Source: Bugula neritina (Eukaryota > Animalia > Bryozoa). From it: 64,000 bases of DNA. Below the pieces are notes generated by a model. That model did not search any database. It worked only from the letters and a program-made list of their open reading frames with translations, and had not been told where the DNA came from. Below, one piece after another: positions 41,792 through 55,890 of the stretch. Every line of letters starts with the position of its first letter. Within the stretch, counting starts at the first letter, position 1. The position numbers and the translations under genes are program-made. The DNA is taken from NCBI GenBank assembly GCA_964035545.1, contig OZ037773.1:1145751-1209750 (forward strand), read 5' to 3'.

Positions 41792-43788
41792 GGCTAAAAC
41801 TAAGTTAATGTAACGGCAGAATGTAAACTTAGTTATATTCCTATCATTTGTCAGTGTTTATCATAATAAAATATAAATACAAAGTGCAATTTTATCCACC
41901 ATAATAGTTTTAGAAAGAAAAAAAAACAAAAAAGTGATACAAACAAAAATAGTGACGGGCTATCATATAACATTTAACGATTTTAGATAGCAATAAAATA
42001 GCCTAGATTTTTCTTGACATCCAGGTACGACTTTTGTAAGAAAAATAGTCAAAATAAAATAGAGTAAAAAAAATTTGAATGATGCCAGAAAATCAGTAGC
42101 ATAGACTAAGCAAGGATTATTTGGACTAGTAGTACAAGGACCCGTGAGAGACTCAGTGTCTGAGGCTACAATAGTTTGTCATATGAAAACACGTCCTGAA
42201 ACTTTTTGGACAATTAACTTCATTAAAAAAACTCAGAGTCAACTGTTTAACAAAGTACAAAATTCAGATAATATATATGCTCTCAATAAACTGTAACATA
42301 TTACTTTTTTGTATTTGAAAAGGAGTATTCATTATGACTTTGAGAACAAAATTCAGGTAGCAAAGTATCTTTGGATGATTGGTGTTAGATCCTTACTTGA
42401 CTTTTACCAAACCGAGCAGGCAACATTAATTGTAATTACAAAATTAATAGTTTAAAAGCAGATATTATGAGCTAGTGAGTAGAAAAAAATCCAATACAAG
42501 AAAAAATTAATTTAGAATTTGAAGGAATTTTAAAGAAAGATGAACTATCTTCTTGGTTGGACCAAAATTTTAACCTTTATATCCTAAATAACTCAGTACT
42601 TTTGTGAGGATAGCATTTTGTTATAGTAAAGAGTCAAACAAGAGTAAAGCATCAAACTTCTGTTTGCACAACTTATTGACAGCCTTGCTTTTCATTATAG
42701 CCAGATACATATGCAAAACGCATAATAGTATTTAAAGAAAAGATGTAGAGTAACAATGCCATAAGTTTTTGTAGTGCTAACTTGAAAACAGAGAGCGCAA
42801 TATTGATGTTACAACACAGGTCAACATTGGCAATGCACCTACAGCTACCATAATCATTAAGACATTACATCAAATATGTTTAAAACAATCATTCAGAAGT
42901 GTTCAAGTTGGTTCACACATAGAAATAATATGTCGGTGGCATTGACACTTCAATAGAGAGTCAATAAATAACAAAGAAACTTATCATGGATACATAAACT
43001 TTTCGAGAAAAATGTTACTATGCTTAGGCCATTTTTGAGGAAAGTGAAAAGAGTAATCACAAATTCAAATCTTACTGAAATATTAACATTCCAATTCACT
43101 TAATTAGAAAAATAATGCGTTTACGACTTCTTTGTGGTACCATTCTCTTCCCCTTTGCTAACCAAAATCCCCATAAAAACAACATCAGTAGACAACTTAT
43201 ATCTATAGTTTATTTTGTTGAGTAAAAAAAACAGAAACAAATTCCTTTTTTTCTCAAGTTAGACCTGGTCATCCCCACAAATTTCAGACATTTTAAAGAA
43301 GAGTTGAATAAGAATAACATATTGCCAGGCACTGGTTAATTACCCAAAATTCAAAGCTAATACAGAGGTGAGAGATGGGAGAAACACAAAGTAAGATACA
43401 AAACTGCAGTATAAAACCATATATGCTGCTGGTCTCTGCATCTTTCTCTCTCTGTTATATTAATATACTGCTTCTATTGTCCCAAGTAATGTTTTATATA
43501 GCTTTCTGCTTCACAATATATTTATGTATTGTTTGGCAGTCCAGATGCCTGCCACAGTTTTACAATTGCATAGCATAATTTTGAAAACTTTTGACTTAGG
43601 TAAATTTTCGCCATAGAAGTCAGTGTGGAACATGCGACTATTAATTTAAGTCAAATGTAAATTAACATGTTCATGCTTCAAATTGAATTATATTACAGAA
43701 TGTATTTTACTGCGCCTACCGTAATACTTATAACAACTTAACATGCCATTTATTTCCACCACTCCACACAGTCATATACCGTATATGG

Positions 43789-44021
43789 CAGGGGTGGGCA
43801 ACTGAGGGTCCCAGGGCCACCTGTGGCTTGTTGCTCATCTCTAGTGGCCTCTTTAATTTTTAAGATAAGCAAAAATTTTATATGCATTTTGATTAGCCCA
43901 ACATAAATTTGGTGACAAACTACTTCATTATAATAAAATTTAATACGTGTAAAATCATGTGGCCCCTTGCGTTGGCTGACTTCTGAACTTGGCCCTTGGG
44001 CAAAAAAATTGTCTACCCCTG
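43789..44021. mobile_element. Non-autonomous hAT-type MITE
   Basis: TIRs caggggtgggcaa / ttgtctacccctg. The 8-bp TSD reads gtatatgg / gtatacgg (one mismatch). Confidence 0.8.
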
Positions 44022-44665
44022 GTATACGGTATAGTTTAAGTTTTATATCATATTCATATTGATTTACTGTTACAACTATCATTATTCTTAGTCTTACGGT
44101 TATTAGTTCTACACAGGCCACTGAATGTGTGTGATTACTATTTATTATTCTATTTTATAATTTATCAATTTGATTCATCTTATTATTATGATTTATTAGT
44201 ATGAGTATCACTATCACTTTGACTATCACTATCAGTATTACTATGATCGTCAGTATGAGTATCACTCTCACAGTTACAGTATCAGTGACTGAGTGAGTGA
44301 GTTTTAGTATGAGTATCACTTTACAGATTTTTAGTTTTAACTTTTGTGAAATTAATTTGTATTTAATAACTAAATACTTGGCTTAAATTTAGTTTTAATA
44401 ATCTATACCTCCTAATGATAATTAGAACGATTATTGCATGAAATTCACATGGTCATAATGAATCTCAAACGATATTTCACGCCATATTGCTGTTGACATA
44501 AATCATTAGCAACATAGTCGTTGATGTCTAAATGAAATCTATACAATTCCGTTTGAGTTACGTATACTAGCGCTCATTGTAGCGCTAGTACTTTTATTTT
44601 GCACTAATTATCGAAATTAATTATCGGGGCCACATGTTTGGCTATCGCTCTTGTCTTGCATATTA

Positions 44666-45734
44666 TAGCTTATTCACACACGACGTTTTTTAGTTCGTTG
44701 GGTTCGACGAATGCCCAACTAACAATCATCGCACCTCTTTGTCGCGCCAGCTGCAATAGTGGTGTATAGTTGCTTAGCAACAGTGCTTTTACTAGTAAAG
44801 TTTTGACTAGTTAAATTTAGCGATAACTAAGTAAAAATTTTGCGTTAATACAATAATTATAATCAAATATGAAACATTTAAATTATGACAAATTTATTAG
44901 CTAAACAAAAGTTAAAGATTTAGTAGATTTATGTTTAACAACAGTTAGACTGTGAAAAGGAAATGAAAATGACACGTAAAACTGCAATGCCCTGGTCGTG
45001 CTTTTATATCAAACTCAAACTGATTACTTATGTTTTTTGTAGCCTTTCATTACTCATTCTACTTATATTTTTTATTGTTGCAAAATAAAAAATTTAAATG
45101 ACCTGTTTTATAGTAGTTTTTCTATGAAAGAACTATAGCTAAGATGTTTCAGCTGTAACAATTATAAAATAAAATAGAAGTTGGTAGTGTCTACTTTAGG
45201 TGAAATGATTCAGTTGCATCAGTTTCAATTTAACTACATTTTAACTTTTTTTCAAGTCACTGCTACTCATTGTGCACATCGACTCAGTTGCTTACGTGCA
45301 TCTTTGTATTCAGGATCACAAAGAGCATGCAGCTGGTCAAGCTATGATAATTTCTATAAAAAACGTACTTCCGTCATGAAAACTGCTTGAAATAATTTTA
45401 AGATGCTGCTGACTAGCAAAATAATATGCTTCCTACAAATCTGCTTATTTTAATTAATTAATATTTATTATTATTAATATTACTAAAATATTGATTATTT
45501 AATTTAGTTACAATGCCGCAATGTTTGCCATGTGAATTATGCCCGCGCTTTTTGCTTTTTGAAATAAGCCAATGGAGTGCAATCAGAAAAAAATCGTCAG
45601 CTGAAACCTAGCTGGGTCAGGTTCCAACGAAACTGTGAAAAGTCGATCACGTGATCCAAAACTAACAAAATTCGTATTCGTCGTGCCATTTTGGTCCGCT
45701 ATTCGTCCAATTCGTTGATCGTGTGAATAAGCTA
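44666..45734. mobile_element. Non-autonomous PIF/Harbinger-like element
   Basis: Perfect 14-bp TIRs tagcttattcacac / gtgtgaataagcta, flanked by TTA on both sides. Confidence 0.65.
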
Positions 45735-45797
45735 TTAACGTTTTTCGAGCCACCATGGCCAAAGTGGAGGTAATAATTATTGAAGTGGCATACTGGT

Positions 45798-45956
45798 AGT
45801 TGTCCTATAAGCAGCCCCGAGTTCGGGGTGACTGAGTACAGTAGTTTGGAGTTAGGGGTTCAAGTCCGAACTTAGAACCCGACCCATCTTTAAACTCGAG
45901 AATCTTCAAGTGTTGCATCCAGTCACTCCCACCTTGGAGCTGCTTATAGAATAATT
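45798..45956. mobile_element. Short fold-back MITE-like element
   Basis: Imperfect inverted repeats of about 40 bp (ctataagcagccccgag...gtgactg / cagtcac...cttggagctgcttatag). Confidence 0.55.
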
Positions 45957-46855
45957 CTCACCCTTTTAAGTAGGCGTGTGCTTATAAACAAAATTCTTGC
46001 TCTGCAACGTTATTCCTGTAAATAGAAGCAGTCGGCATGTCAGTTTAGTTACTTTGAGAGAGAAAATAGTCTATAATAGCACATCTATTATATTTTTATA
46101 TTGTTTGATGCTATTTCAATAAACATGTTTTCTAATTTTATTAATTGTAAAATCTAGTAATACTGTTTAATGTTTTAACTAGTATTAGTAATATTAATAC
46201 AGTAATAGTAATTGTGAATTTAGTTATGATTATGACCATAAGTATGAGTATCAGTTTGAGTTACTGCTAGCTTAATTAATGTAATAACGTAATCAAGTAG
46301 TAATTTAATCATTTTTTATTTTTATATAATTCTAATGGTAGATAACTAACTATTTTTTAAGTTTATTAGTTTTATAACTAAGTTAGTTTTAGCTTAAAAG
46401 CTACCAGAACAATATAATATTCTAACATTTCCTGCATTAGCCTAAGCCGAAGGGCTAAGGCTAATGATTGTTATATAGGTCTAAACGTTGTTTCCAAGTA
46501 AAAATAATTTTACATGTATGTTTTATTAAAAATATTTCACATATATACTTATTGTTCTGTTGCTTTAAAATTTTATTGACATACTTGCTAGTTTCATTAT
46601 TATCATAAATAAATAATATTTATGAGAATTCTTATAATTTTTCAGTCTTAGTTTTTAAGTTAGCTAAATTATGCAAATAAACAGGCCATTCCTTTAAGCA
46701 TAGATAGAAGTCTATCGGATATCTTGCTCATCTTATTTCTTGCTATTTATAGATTTCTACTACTTAAGAGTTACTTGGTCAATACTGCAGTATCTACTCT
46801 TTCTTGTGTTGAACCAATATGAATTTCTAAGAACACTTTGCCTTTAGATTCAAAG

Positions 46856-49800
46856 ATGGAGAAGAAGTTGCTAGGAGATAGTGATTTGAGTGTATCGCCC
46901 ATCTGTGTCGGCTGTTGGCAGTTCAACGATGGCGAGATGTCAGGAGATCGGACCTGGAATGGTCAGCCATATGCCATGTCAAAGTCCATCGTGGACACAG
47001 CATTGGAACTTGGCATCAACTTCTTTGATACAGCAGAAGTAAGAAACTCATAGTTGTAAACTTTGTATATAACACAAGAAGTTTGTCTTATAGTTCTGAG
47101 ACTTTATAATCTTAACTGTAACACATCTAACAATATTATAGCTTATCCAGGAGAGCACTGCTTGTATAAAACAGTGGTATTTATATGTATGTTGATAAAT
47201 GATGCAACTACTATAAATTTGCATAAGCATAATGATTGATTCACTAGCATAAGGAAATTGTAATTAATGACAAATCAAAAGCTGGCATCACAAGAGTAAA
47301 AATGAACACGTTTACCTATTAGCCAACACATGACAATAGTTAGATTACAATAGTCCTTGATTCTGTATGCAGAGCCTGTGTTGATGTGCTAGCAACTACT
47401 CACCACAAACTGTGTACAAGATTTAGCTATTTTTGGAAAGTCTTACAACTTATTTCTCCCACAGTAAAAATATAGTTTCAAAGTTCTAGAAGTTGCTTTG
47501 GTTTGTTAGTATTGTGTGAAGTTCTGATTGATAGTGCAAATCAGTGTGCAAGAGCTACTGAACTCAGATAACATTTGCTTACTATATTCTTCAATTTTCA
47601 TACTTGCACTTTAATAAATTTGGAAAGGGGATATATTGCTGCCTGTGTATCATTTTCCCAGGCCTACCTTAATTCAGAAGGTGTGGTAGGAAGACTATTT
47701 GAAGGGCGGAGACAGGGCGTGGTCTTGGCCAGTAAGTTTGGTTACGGTGCCAATAAGAAGACGGGTTACGCTGCCGTAGACGTTGAACAGGCACTTACAG
47801 CCAGTCTACAGCGTCTGAGGACAGATTACCTTGACCTCTATCAAGTGCATTGGCCTATAGTTATTGGTGAGTTTCAGCTAGCCAATGGGTGACTGGCTTC
47901 TATGCAAGAACGACAATAGTTTGTCTGCTCTTTATCCGCAAGCAACTAATTATTTTATTAAATGGAAGATACATTTCAATTTGGATTTTCAAAATTTTCA
48001 TTCACTCACTTAGCAAGGCCTCCAAACGGAGTCTAAACTTTGGTCTTTGCGTTCAGCATGTGCTGCATGTGGCCTACATTTAATAAGGCGGCTTTTCTCC
48101 ATTGTTATAGTCTAACTAATAATTAATGACCCTAATTTCCAGTTTGACATGTCCCACATTCTGACCTTGACAGCTGGCATGATTTTTTTTGACAGGTCAG
48201 GTTATCTATGTTATGCCTGTAGCAGGCACCTTGCATCGCTTGCATCTACATGTCAAGCTGCAGGCAGACATTTGCAAATTTAGCAAACTGATCATGGGAT
48301 TGTAAACTTAAGTTGAAGTAGTGTAATTTTATTTGTATTATTTATCTGCATTTATCTGTATATGTGTTATTATGAATTATATTTATTGTAAAGAACTTAC
48401 TTAGAATTGAGCTAGAGATTTAGTTTTGAATTCAATGATATTTTAGTATGTCTTATTGCATGACATAGCAAACTTGAAAATATGTTAAACACAGCTTGTG
48501 GTAGTTATTGGTGTCCGCTAAAAATGGCACAGGTAAAAATCGCACAAATGGCAAAGTAGGTAAAAATGGCACATTTTCAATATTATTGTTTGGGGTTTAG
48601 AATGGGGGTTTAGGTTTGGGAATGGAGTTTGAATTTGGGGTTGGTGTTTAAGGGTTTGGGGTTCGAGAAAATTTAACATCTGTGCGGTTTTTACTTACGT
48701 TTTCATTTGTGCCATTATTACATGCGCCATTTTTACCTAAAATTGGTAGTTATTACTTTGAATAGATGGGCAGACAACTCTAACATTCTACAAAAAGTTG
48801 TCAGTTTTCCTTCCATTAGTGTCTTGTACACATCAATGCTTTAGATGAGAACATGGAAGAGGTTGTGAAAGAGTTGGAAAGACAAAAGTCACTTGGCCGA
48901 ATTCGGTATTACGGGGTCAGCAACTCTGGTAAGAATGACTTGGAGAAGTTCATTGCTGCTGGTGGAAAACCAATCACCAATCAGGTGACATAATATAAAG
49001 TTTTTACCAATCAAAACTTAGGGTTTCATTTATTTTGCAATAACGGAGTTAGTTTTTCATTCCTATCACTTCTACTTAGGTCTTAGAGATATAATATAGT
49101 ATTGTCAATTTCTTTGTGCAGTCATCACTTAGTATTGAGATGTATTGGTGGGTATTGAAAAGTATTGCAGTGTATCAATACGTATGGAATTAATGTATTG
49201 ATATGAATTGAGATGATGAAATAAACTAAAGGTATATTATTCAACATTTAATAAAAAGAATTGCCACTGAGTTTCAAGTATATATAAAAAAACTTAGCTC
49301 CTAAACAGTTTAAATTCTGAAATACACTTTTTATTTTCTATTATCATTGCAACATTTTTACCAAATGTGGTTGGTTTGAGGAAAATTGTAGGTTAAAATT
49401 TTCACTGACAGCTTTGAGAAAACTGTTCAGTTCTTAGTCATCAAGTGATTTAGGACGTCTTCACCAAGTGTAAGCACAAGCAAGCTGAATATAAAGTTTT
49501 TAGTAAAGGAATTTTTTGAAAGCCTTTGATATCTTCAATAGCTTTCTAAAATGAAGCTACAATTTTCAGCTTTGTATTCCAACTAACAATTTTAGGTTAA
49601 TGTGAGAACAACTCCTATGCACAACAAAACTGCAGATCTTCAGTTTTATGCGTATTGACCTATAATGTGTCATATAACACCAACTTAGCCAATGATGAGC
49701 TGGCTAGCAAATTGCCTTCCTTTGTAGGTGCTGTACAACCTATTAGCCAGAGGGTGCGAGTACGAAATGCTGCCTTATTCTGTGAAAAAGGGGATTTCCA

Positions 49801-51443
49801 TCCTGGCATACTCTCCTCTCCAGCAAGGTCTCCTGTCAGGCAAATACCTCAAGTCTGGTGAGTAACTAGTATGGCAGCGAGATGGCAGCGAGACGGCAGC
49901 GAGATGGTGTTCTATCACGTACTGTGTTATTTTATGACAATGTGCCGTATCTTCAAGTTGTTCTGATAGAAATGTGGTGTGAAATATTAGACCAACTGAA
50001 TGGTGTATTTCAGAGGATGTGCCTGAAGGACGACGTAGAAACCGTTTGTTTAGCTCTTCCTCGACTTCTCTGAGTCGTCATGGAGAAGATGGTTGTGAGA
50101 CAGAATTGTTTACGGCTATCGGGGAGTTGAAGGTAGTAACTACGTCCCCTTATATGAACTGTAAGCAGCTAGTTTGGATATATGAGTTGAGACACATAAA
50201 CTGTAGTCTAGTTTAATGTAACCATTCACTAAGTTGTGACATTGCCAGTTTGCTAATAACATGGATTGCTGAAATGTTTCACGGTATTGTCATAATTTTT
50301 GATGATGATGTTGCCAGGGGAGGGCAGTTGCTTGCTGTGCAAATCTATGTAATGTGTGGTCCATAGCTTAAACCTTTGCAGTTTTAACTGTTAGAATAGA
50401 GTAATACAATATTTTGTGTAGAATGTAGGACTAATATTTTGTTATATCACTAAATTTTACATTATTACTCGGGTTTATAGACTCTTTGTGATGAGAGGAA
50501 CATTTCCATGCCTTCTGTATCACTCTCTTGGCTACTCAAGCAGAAAGGATTGAGCAGTGTTATTGTGGGTAAGAGCTATACTGGCAAATTATGACTGTTA
50601 ATATAACACAGCTGGTATTACATCTGGTGCAGATGGTATTATGTTTAATGCAGACGGCTCATGACTGAGAAGCTAGTTACTAAAATCTCATAGGTCAAAG
50701 GTTAATCTCATTACTAACATTCTTAGTGCATTATTTTATTAGCCAGTTATTTTAGAAAAATATTCATAATAAAGATGTCTTTTGTTCATTGCTGCTGTGC
50801 CGTTATTTTGAGTTAAATTTTTGAAATAATGTTCAGTAATTTGAAGTTATTCTCTTTTCAAATTAGTAACCTCTGTTTTAAAGTAGCAGCTAAATTGCTA
50901 AAGAAAAGCTCTTTGAGCCTTGTATGTATTGTTGCAAAATAAAGAATCATCTGACAGGCATATTACTAATAAGTGACTATATTTTTGTGAATCCATCGTA
51001 GGTTGACTGCAGCCAATTCAAGATATAAATAGATTAAATATTGAACTTGATAGAACAGAGTAGGCTGACCCTGAAGACGTGCATTAGCTATTAAAAGTGC
51101 AAGTAGTGCAAGTATTGCTAGTAACTAGTGTTATCAGTATTTACTATACACAATGCAAATTATCGTTATCAACTGCCAACAGAGTTTGACTGTGTATTAA
51201 TTAACAAGACTGCAGTTGAACTGGGTGAGTAGCTACTGGTAATCATAAACTGAGATGTGATGTTACTAAATGTGCTTCTATGTTGCTGCAGGTGCTGCTT
51301 CGCCAGAACAAATCACAGCCAACACTAAGTTCACAGACATCTCTGCTGAGATGGACACTACACTGAAGGACATAACGGAGCCAATCAAAGTGGCCCTCGG
51401 AACCAACTGTGATCTATGGGCCGAGAAGTCCCGTCACAGCTAG
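46856..51443 (+). CDS. Aldo-keto reductase, IolS/Tas-like type (~338 aa; exons 46856-47038, 47662-47866, 48845-48984, 49728-49857, 50014-50132, 50481-50568, 51292-51443)
   Basis: GINFFDTAEAY, LASK, SLQRLRTDYLDLYQVHWP, GRIRYYGVSN, NQVLYNLL and AYSPLQQGLLSGKY. The D/Y/K/H catalytic tetrad is intact. Confidence 0.92.
48510..48743. mobile_element. Small non-autonomous insertion with subterminal inverted repeats and a G/T-rich core
   Basis: ggtaaaaatggcac arrays face gtgccatt/ttttacc arrays. The element is flanked by the 11-bp direct repeat tggtagttatt. Confidence 0.65.
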
Positions 51444-52242
51444 ACCAATCAAGTTACTTAATGCAATTGTAGGCCAATCATATCGCTTAATACAGCTTAT
51501 TCAAGAGCGTCATCTGATGTATATATTATGTTGACATCACAATGTTTCTACACTAATCAGCCAGCATTAACAATTTTCCTGATTAGGAACACAAGAGATG
51601 TGCTTTAGTCTAGTAGATTTTTGAACTAGTTTATGCAGCTGCATAAACTAGTTCAAAAATTTAGTCTCCATCAAATCATATAAACTGCTGTATGAAACTT
51701 AGACTCCGCTTTGCAGAAGAATTCTATTCTTTCATATGCAATCTGAATATAGTCTAACTTGAACTTGTGCATATCTTCTTACTGGCTATATTTTGCCTTA
51801 GGTAAAATAAATATATTGCTAGGTTGTAAAACCTGACACAAACTTGTCTCTTTCTCTTAAATACTCCATGCTGTGACCATCTAAAGCTACTTATTCGAGA
51901 GAAATAACTCCCTTTCATGAGGTAATGAAGTGGTAATCACTGATTTGTGTCCTAGGGGTTAATTATGCTTGAGAATTGTGTTGATAAATTAGAAAATTAA
52001 AAATGATGTTTGCCTTTTAGTAGTGCTAGATCTCCTAGATTAGTACATATTTTCTTCATTAAAGACTAAACGTTAGGTCAGTTTTGGCCTACAGTGCTAC
52101 TCAAATTCTAACCAGATGACAATGGACTTGGGCTGTTACACCTAGCTCTGTTGGCACCATGAGAGGATAACTACTAACTGATGATTGCATTTAGTTATTT
52201 AAGGAGTTATATTTTGTAATTGTAGTGTTGAATTAATCCAAC

Positions 52243-52316
52243 AGCCTCTCTGGTGTAATGGTCAGAACACTTGCTTGTAAGCCAGAGGTCTCCGGTTCAA
52301 ATATCCCAGCGAGGAC
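52243..52316 (+). pseudogene. Degenerate tRNA-like sequence (possibly Thr-TGT derived) or SINE head
   Basis: A-box tggtgtaatggtc, cttgtaa loop and ggttcaaat B-box. The stems are imperfect. Confidence 0.4.
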
Positions 52317-53414
52317 AAAGTTTTTTCATAGTAATTATCTCAACAGGTGTCATATAAATATGCTAGTGGCTGGAGTGAGACAATAGGAACAGAATGTGTG
52401 AAAGTACCTGTTGATCACATATTTTCATTAATAATTTAGAAAATCTTAGTTATAACTGTGTCCCATATACATAGTATTCTAAGAACAACACTCTGCTTCC
52501 ATCATATAATTTTTGTTGCCTAAATTCACAACAATATATGATTTCATTTATTGCTTTCAGATTGCTCTGTATTCCACAGAAATGCTATGGAACGTGTTTA
52601 TAAATTTATTACAAACAAAAGTATAACTCATTAAAAAATGCAGCTTTAATTAAAAAAAGTCTTTGGTACACGCCATGTGGTACAGAAACTGATAGGGAAA
52701 AATAGAAAGATTGCCAATAACACAAACAACACAAGTAACATGGGGGAAACCGAGGTTTTCTAAAAACTATCAAAGAAATAATTTGACAAAACCATTCACT
52801 CAGAAACATTAACATTATAAAACATTAGATACATACATTATAAGTGGCGATTAGTACAAAATATAAGATCACTTTTGCCTAATCTAAAGCTGCATGAAAC
52901 AGCAACTCTATTGGTAGGACAACTTCTGAATTGTAAGGAATGTAAATATTTACAAGTAGGTAATCTGCAATATTTACTATTTCATCATATAGCAAGTTTA
53001 GAAAGTATTAATAAAGACAACTAATAGAAATCAGGTGGTAAATATTTGATATTAAAATGTTAAAGCATAGTCCCAAAAACAGGTATCAACAAATTTTCTA
53101 GTTTATAACCTAAGTTCAAATAAATGTGTATAATTTTGCAATAAATAGCTATTTCATACCCATTAAAATATAATAGTTGGAATTTTATAATATAAAAATT
53201 TCAGACTGCCAGACTTTTTGAGATTGATTAGAATATAAAAGATAATTATTAGATTTGAGAAAATACTACTAGTCTAAAATCAGTCTGAGTTTATATGAAA
53301 ACTTTCTCAAGATTTATTTGATATAATATCACCATCAGTTTCAGAGCAGGCAAATCTAAACTAGAAATGGTTAGAATAGAGACGGAAAAAAGTGTCTTCG
53401 TAGAAGACAGGAAA

Positions 53415-55061
53415 TCAGTCTAAATGACGACGCACCTTCCAATCATAACCGTTACCGTCGGGCGCGGCATAAAATGGCAGCAGCCAGCGTATCCAATAGT
53501 AACAACCCCATGCTGCCCGCACGTTAGCCACCACGCTGCCTCTGTTGAAAGTCTTAATTCCTTTACTTCCCTCATGGAAAGTCACATTATCAGTGGCAGC
53601 ATAAGTGGACATGAGTAGATAGAAAGTGCAGATAGCAAGGTTCAGTACTGCACAGGTTGCCATGACAACAAACAGGAAGTTGAACCACGGCTGTGAGCCG
53701 GTCAAGGACATCCACAGGGAGGTTGGGGGAAAGAGTGAGAACCAAGAGAGAGATTCAGCCTTGACATAGACGAAAGTGCAGTAGAGCACGACTAGCTGAC
53801 CAATCACCAGCCACAGACATAAAGTGACAAAGTAAAAGGTGGTGAATTGACCAATACATCCTGCAGCAAAGAAACAGTGGTGGTCTTGGCGAAGGATGCA
53901 CGCCTTGCAGATCTTACAATGGAAGGAACGGGGCGGGGCATAATACTGACAAATATGGCAGAGTCTCCACCCCACATTCTCTGACTTGTCAGCGTCCTCT
54001 TCTCTCTACCAGCAGAGTAACAACAGCGCCAGTTAAGAGCGCATAACTTCTATAGTTTAGCCAGTCTTACTGACTACATATTAGTATAAGGTACTATAAC
54101 AAGACTGCATGTGATTGAATATACTTGTCATCATAACTGAGAATATTATATTGTAAAATGTAAAGTATTGTATGCACTTATGGCTTTTGGCCTATAGCAT
54201 AAGGTGCATTCAACAACAAATAATTTGTTAAATTGACAGAAAATATAGATAATATGTTGCCATCAGTAGTACTTTAGTGTATTACAATAGCAATCTATAA
54301 CAAATTAGGAGTGGAAATATATTATCTATATCAGCATTCTAAAACAATTTTACATCTATAGCATGTTACACTATACAATGATGTTACATCTATAGCATGC
54401 TAGCATTCTACAGTAATGTGATATCTATAGCATTTTAGCATTCTAAAATATATTTACATCTATAGCATGCTGGCATTCTAGAATAAGTTTATATCTATAG
54501 CGTGCTAGTACTCTAAGTCTGCTAAATATCACATGAATTTATAGCATTACCTTCAATGCTTGGTTGACGTATTTCCGACAGCATTGGAACCAATTATAGA
54601 AGGTCTGGAAGACAATGAGAGAGGAAAAGAGTCTCCAATACAAGAGTTCAGAATCGGGTATAATACTCGGCATAATCTTAAAGCTATAAACTGTAAAACA
54701 AATATAATCTGCATCAAAACTGATTATTTCAAACTTGAGCAAAGAGATTAGTAAATAAATTCAAAGTAACATTCGTTTAGAAAGTTCGCTATTATTCAAA
54801 CTAATGTGATATTATTCGTGCTAGTCTTAGCCAATCATGATACATGAAACATCAGTCAGTTATAGTGAATTACTAACCGTAATATTGAAGAAACATAGAA
54901 ACAAGAAAGTAGACAACTCCGTATCTATTGGCAACATCCTTCTTTACTGTAAAATCAGGAGGATTGTCTCGATAGAGCTTTGAGAACCTCTCTCTTATAG
55001 ATAAATTCTCATAATCTTCTGTCCATGCTTTAGGTGTAGCTCTTTGCCTTAAATCTGACAT
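53415..55061 (-). CDS. DHHC-type palmitoyltransferase, ZDHHC22/24-like (~304 aa; exons 55061-54878, 54690-54551, 54005-53415)
   Basis: CHICQYYAPPRSFHCKICKACILRQDHHCFFAAGCIG with flanking transmembrane helices. Splicing is in frame. Confidence 0.9.
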
Positions 55062-55399
55062 CTGCAGCACAAGCACTCACACTGATACTACTATTAAATA
55101 CAAGTATTTGTAATAGTATTAATATCAGTTTTACTATAAGTATTAGTATAAGTATTAGTATAAGTATTACAACTATTATTAGTATTACTTTTACTGAATA
55201 AATACCATGCAGAAAGAAGAACTAGTGAAATTAAATGGAAACGAAAAAAATAACATCTAGTAGAAAAATTATGCACATCACTTCAAATAAGTGATTATAA
55301 ACCTTTATACAAGCACATCAAAGATATCAGGGCAATCAACGATTTCCGTATAAGGTTAATCAGTTTATACAAAAAATTTTTTGAAGAAGCAACGGAGTG

Positions 55400-55890
55400 T
55401 GCAAAAACTCTCAACAAATACTATAAAAATCAATTCTGTAAAGACCAGCAACTCCCAAACATTCTTTAACTAGAAAAAACTGCTGCAGTCCCTATAAAGA
55501 TAGCTAGTGAAGGTCTTATTAAATTAAATAGTTTATCAAATGGAAAGTCTTCAATGACCAGGACCGGATGAAATCTGCAAATCAGATCTACTTGTGGATG
55601 CCATCATGTCAGCCGTGTGCCTAAAACAGGTTTTCCAAGCCTCAATGGACTCGAGAAAGTTACCTACCCAGTTGAAGCTTGCATATGTCACCCTATTGCA
55701 CAAAGGCGGAGATAAGCTGGCAGCAAGTAATTATCGCCCCATACCACTTACTAGTATTCCATGCAAAATGATGGAACACATTGTACTTCATTATTTGAAC
55801 CAAAAGCTGAATGATTTCCTCTACATCAGACAACATTAATTCAGTAAAGGCATGTCTTGTGAAACACAACTCTGCGTCACATACCATGAA
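55400..55890 (+). mobile_element. Decayed non-LTR (CR1/Jockey-like) reverse-transcriptase fragment
   Basis: HKGGDKLAASNYRPIPLTSIPCKMMEHI...QH*F.KGMSCETQL, with stops and frameshifts. Confidence 0.85.

Noticed and set aside
43750-44121. 123-aa minus-strand ORF
   Set aside because: It runs across the hAT MITE and has no protein motif.
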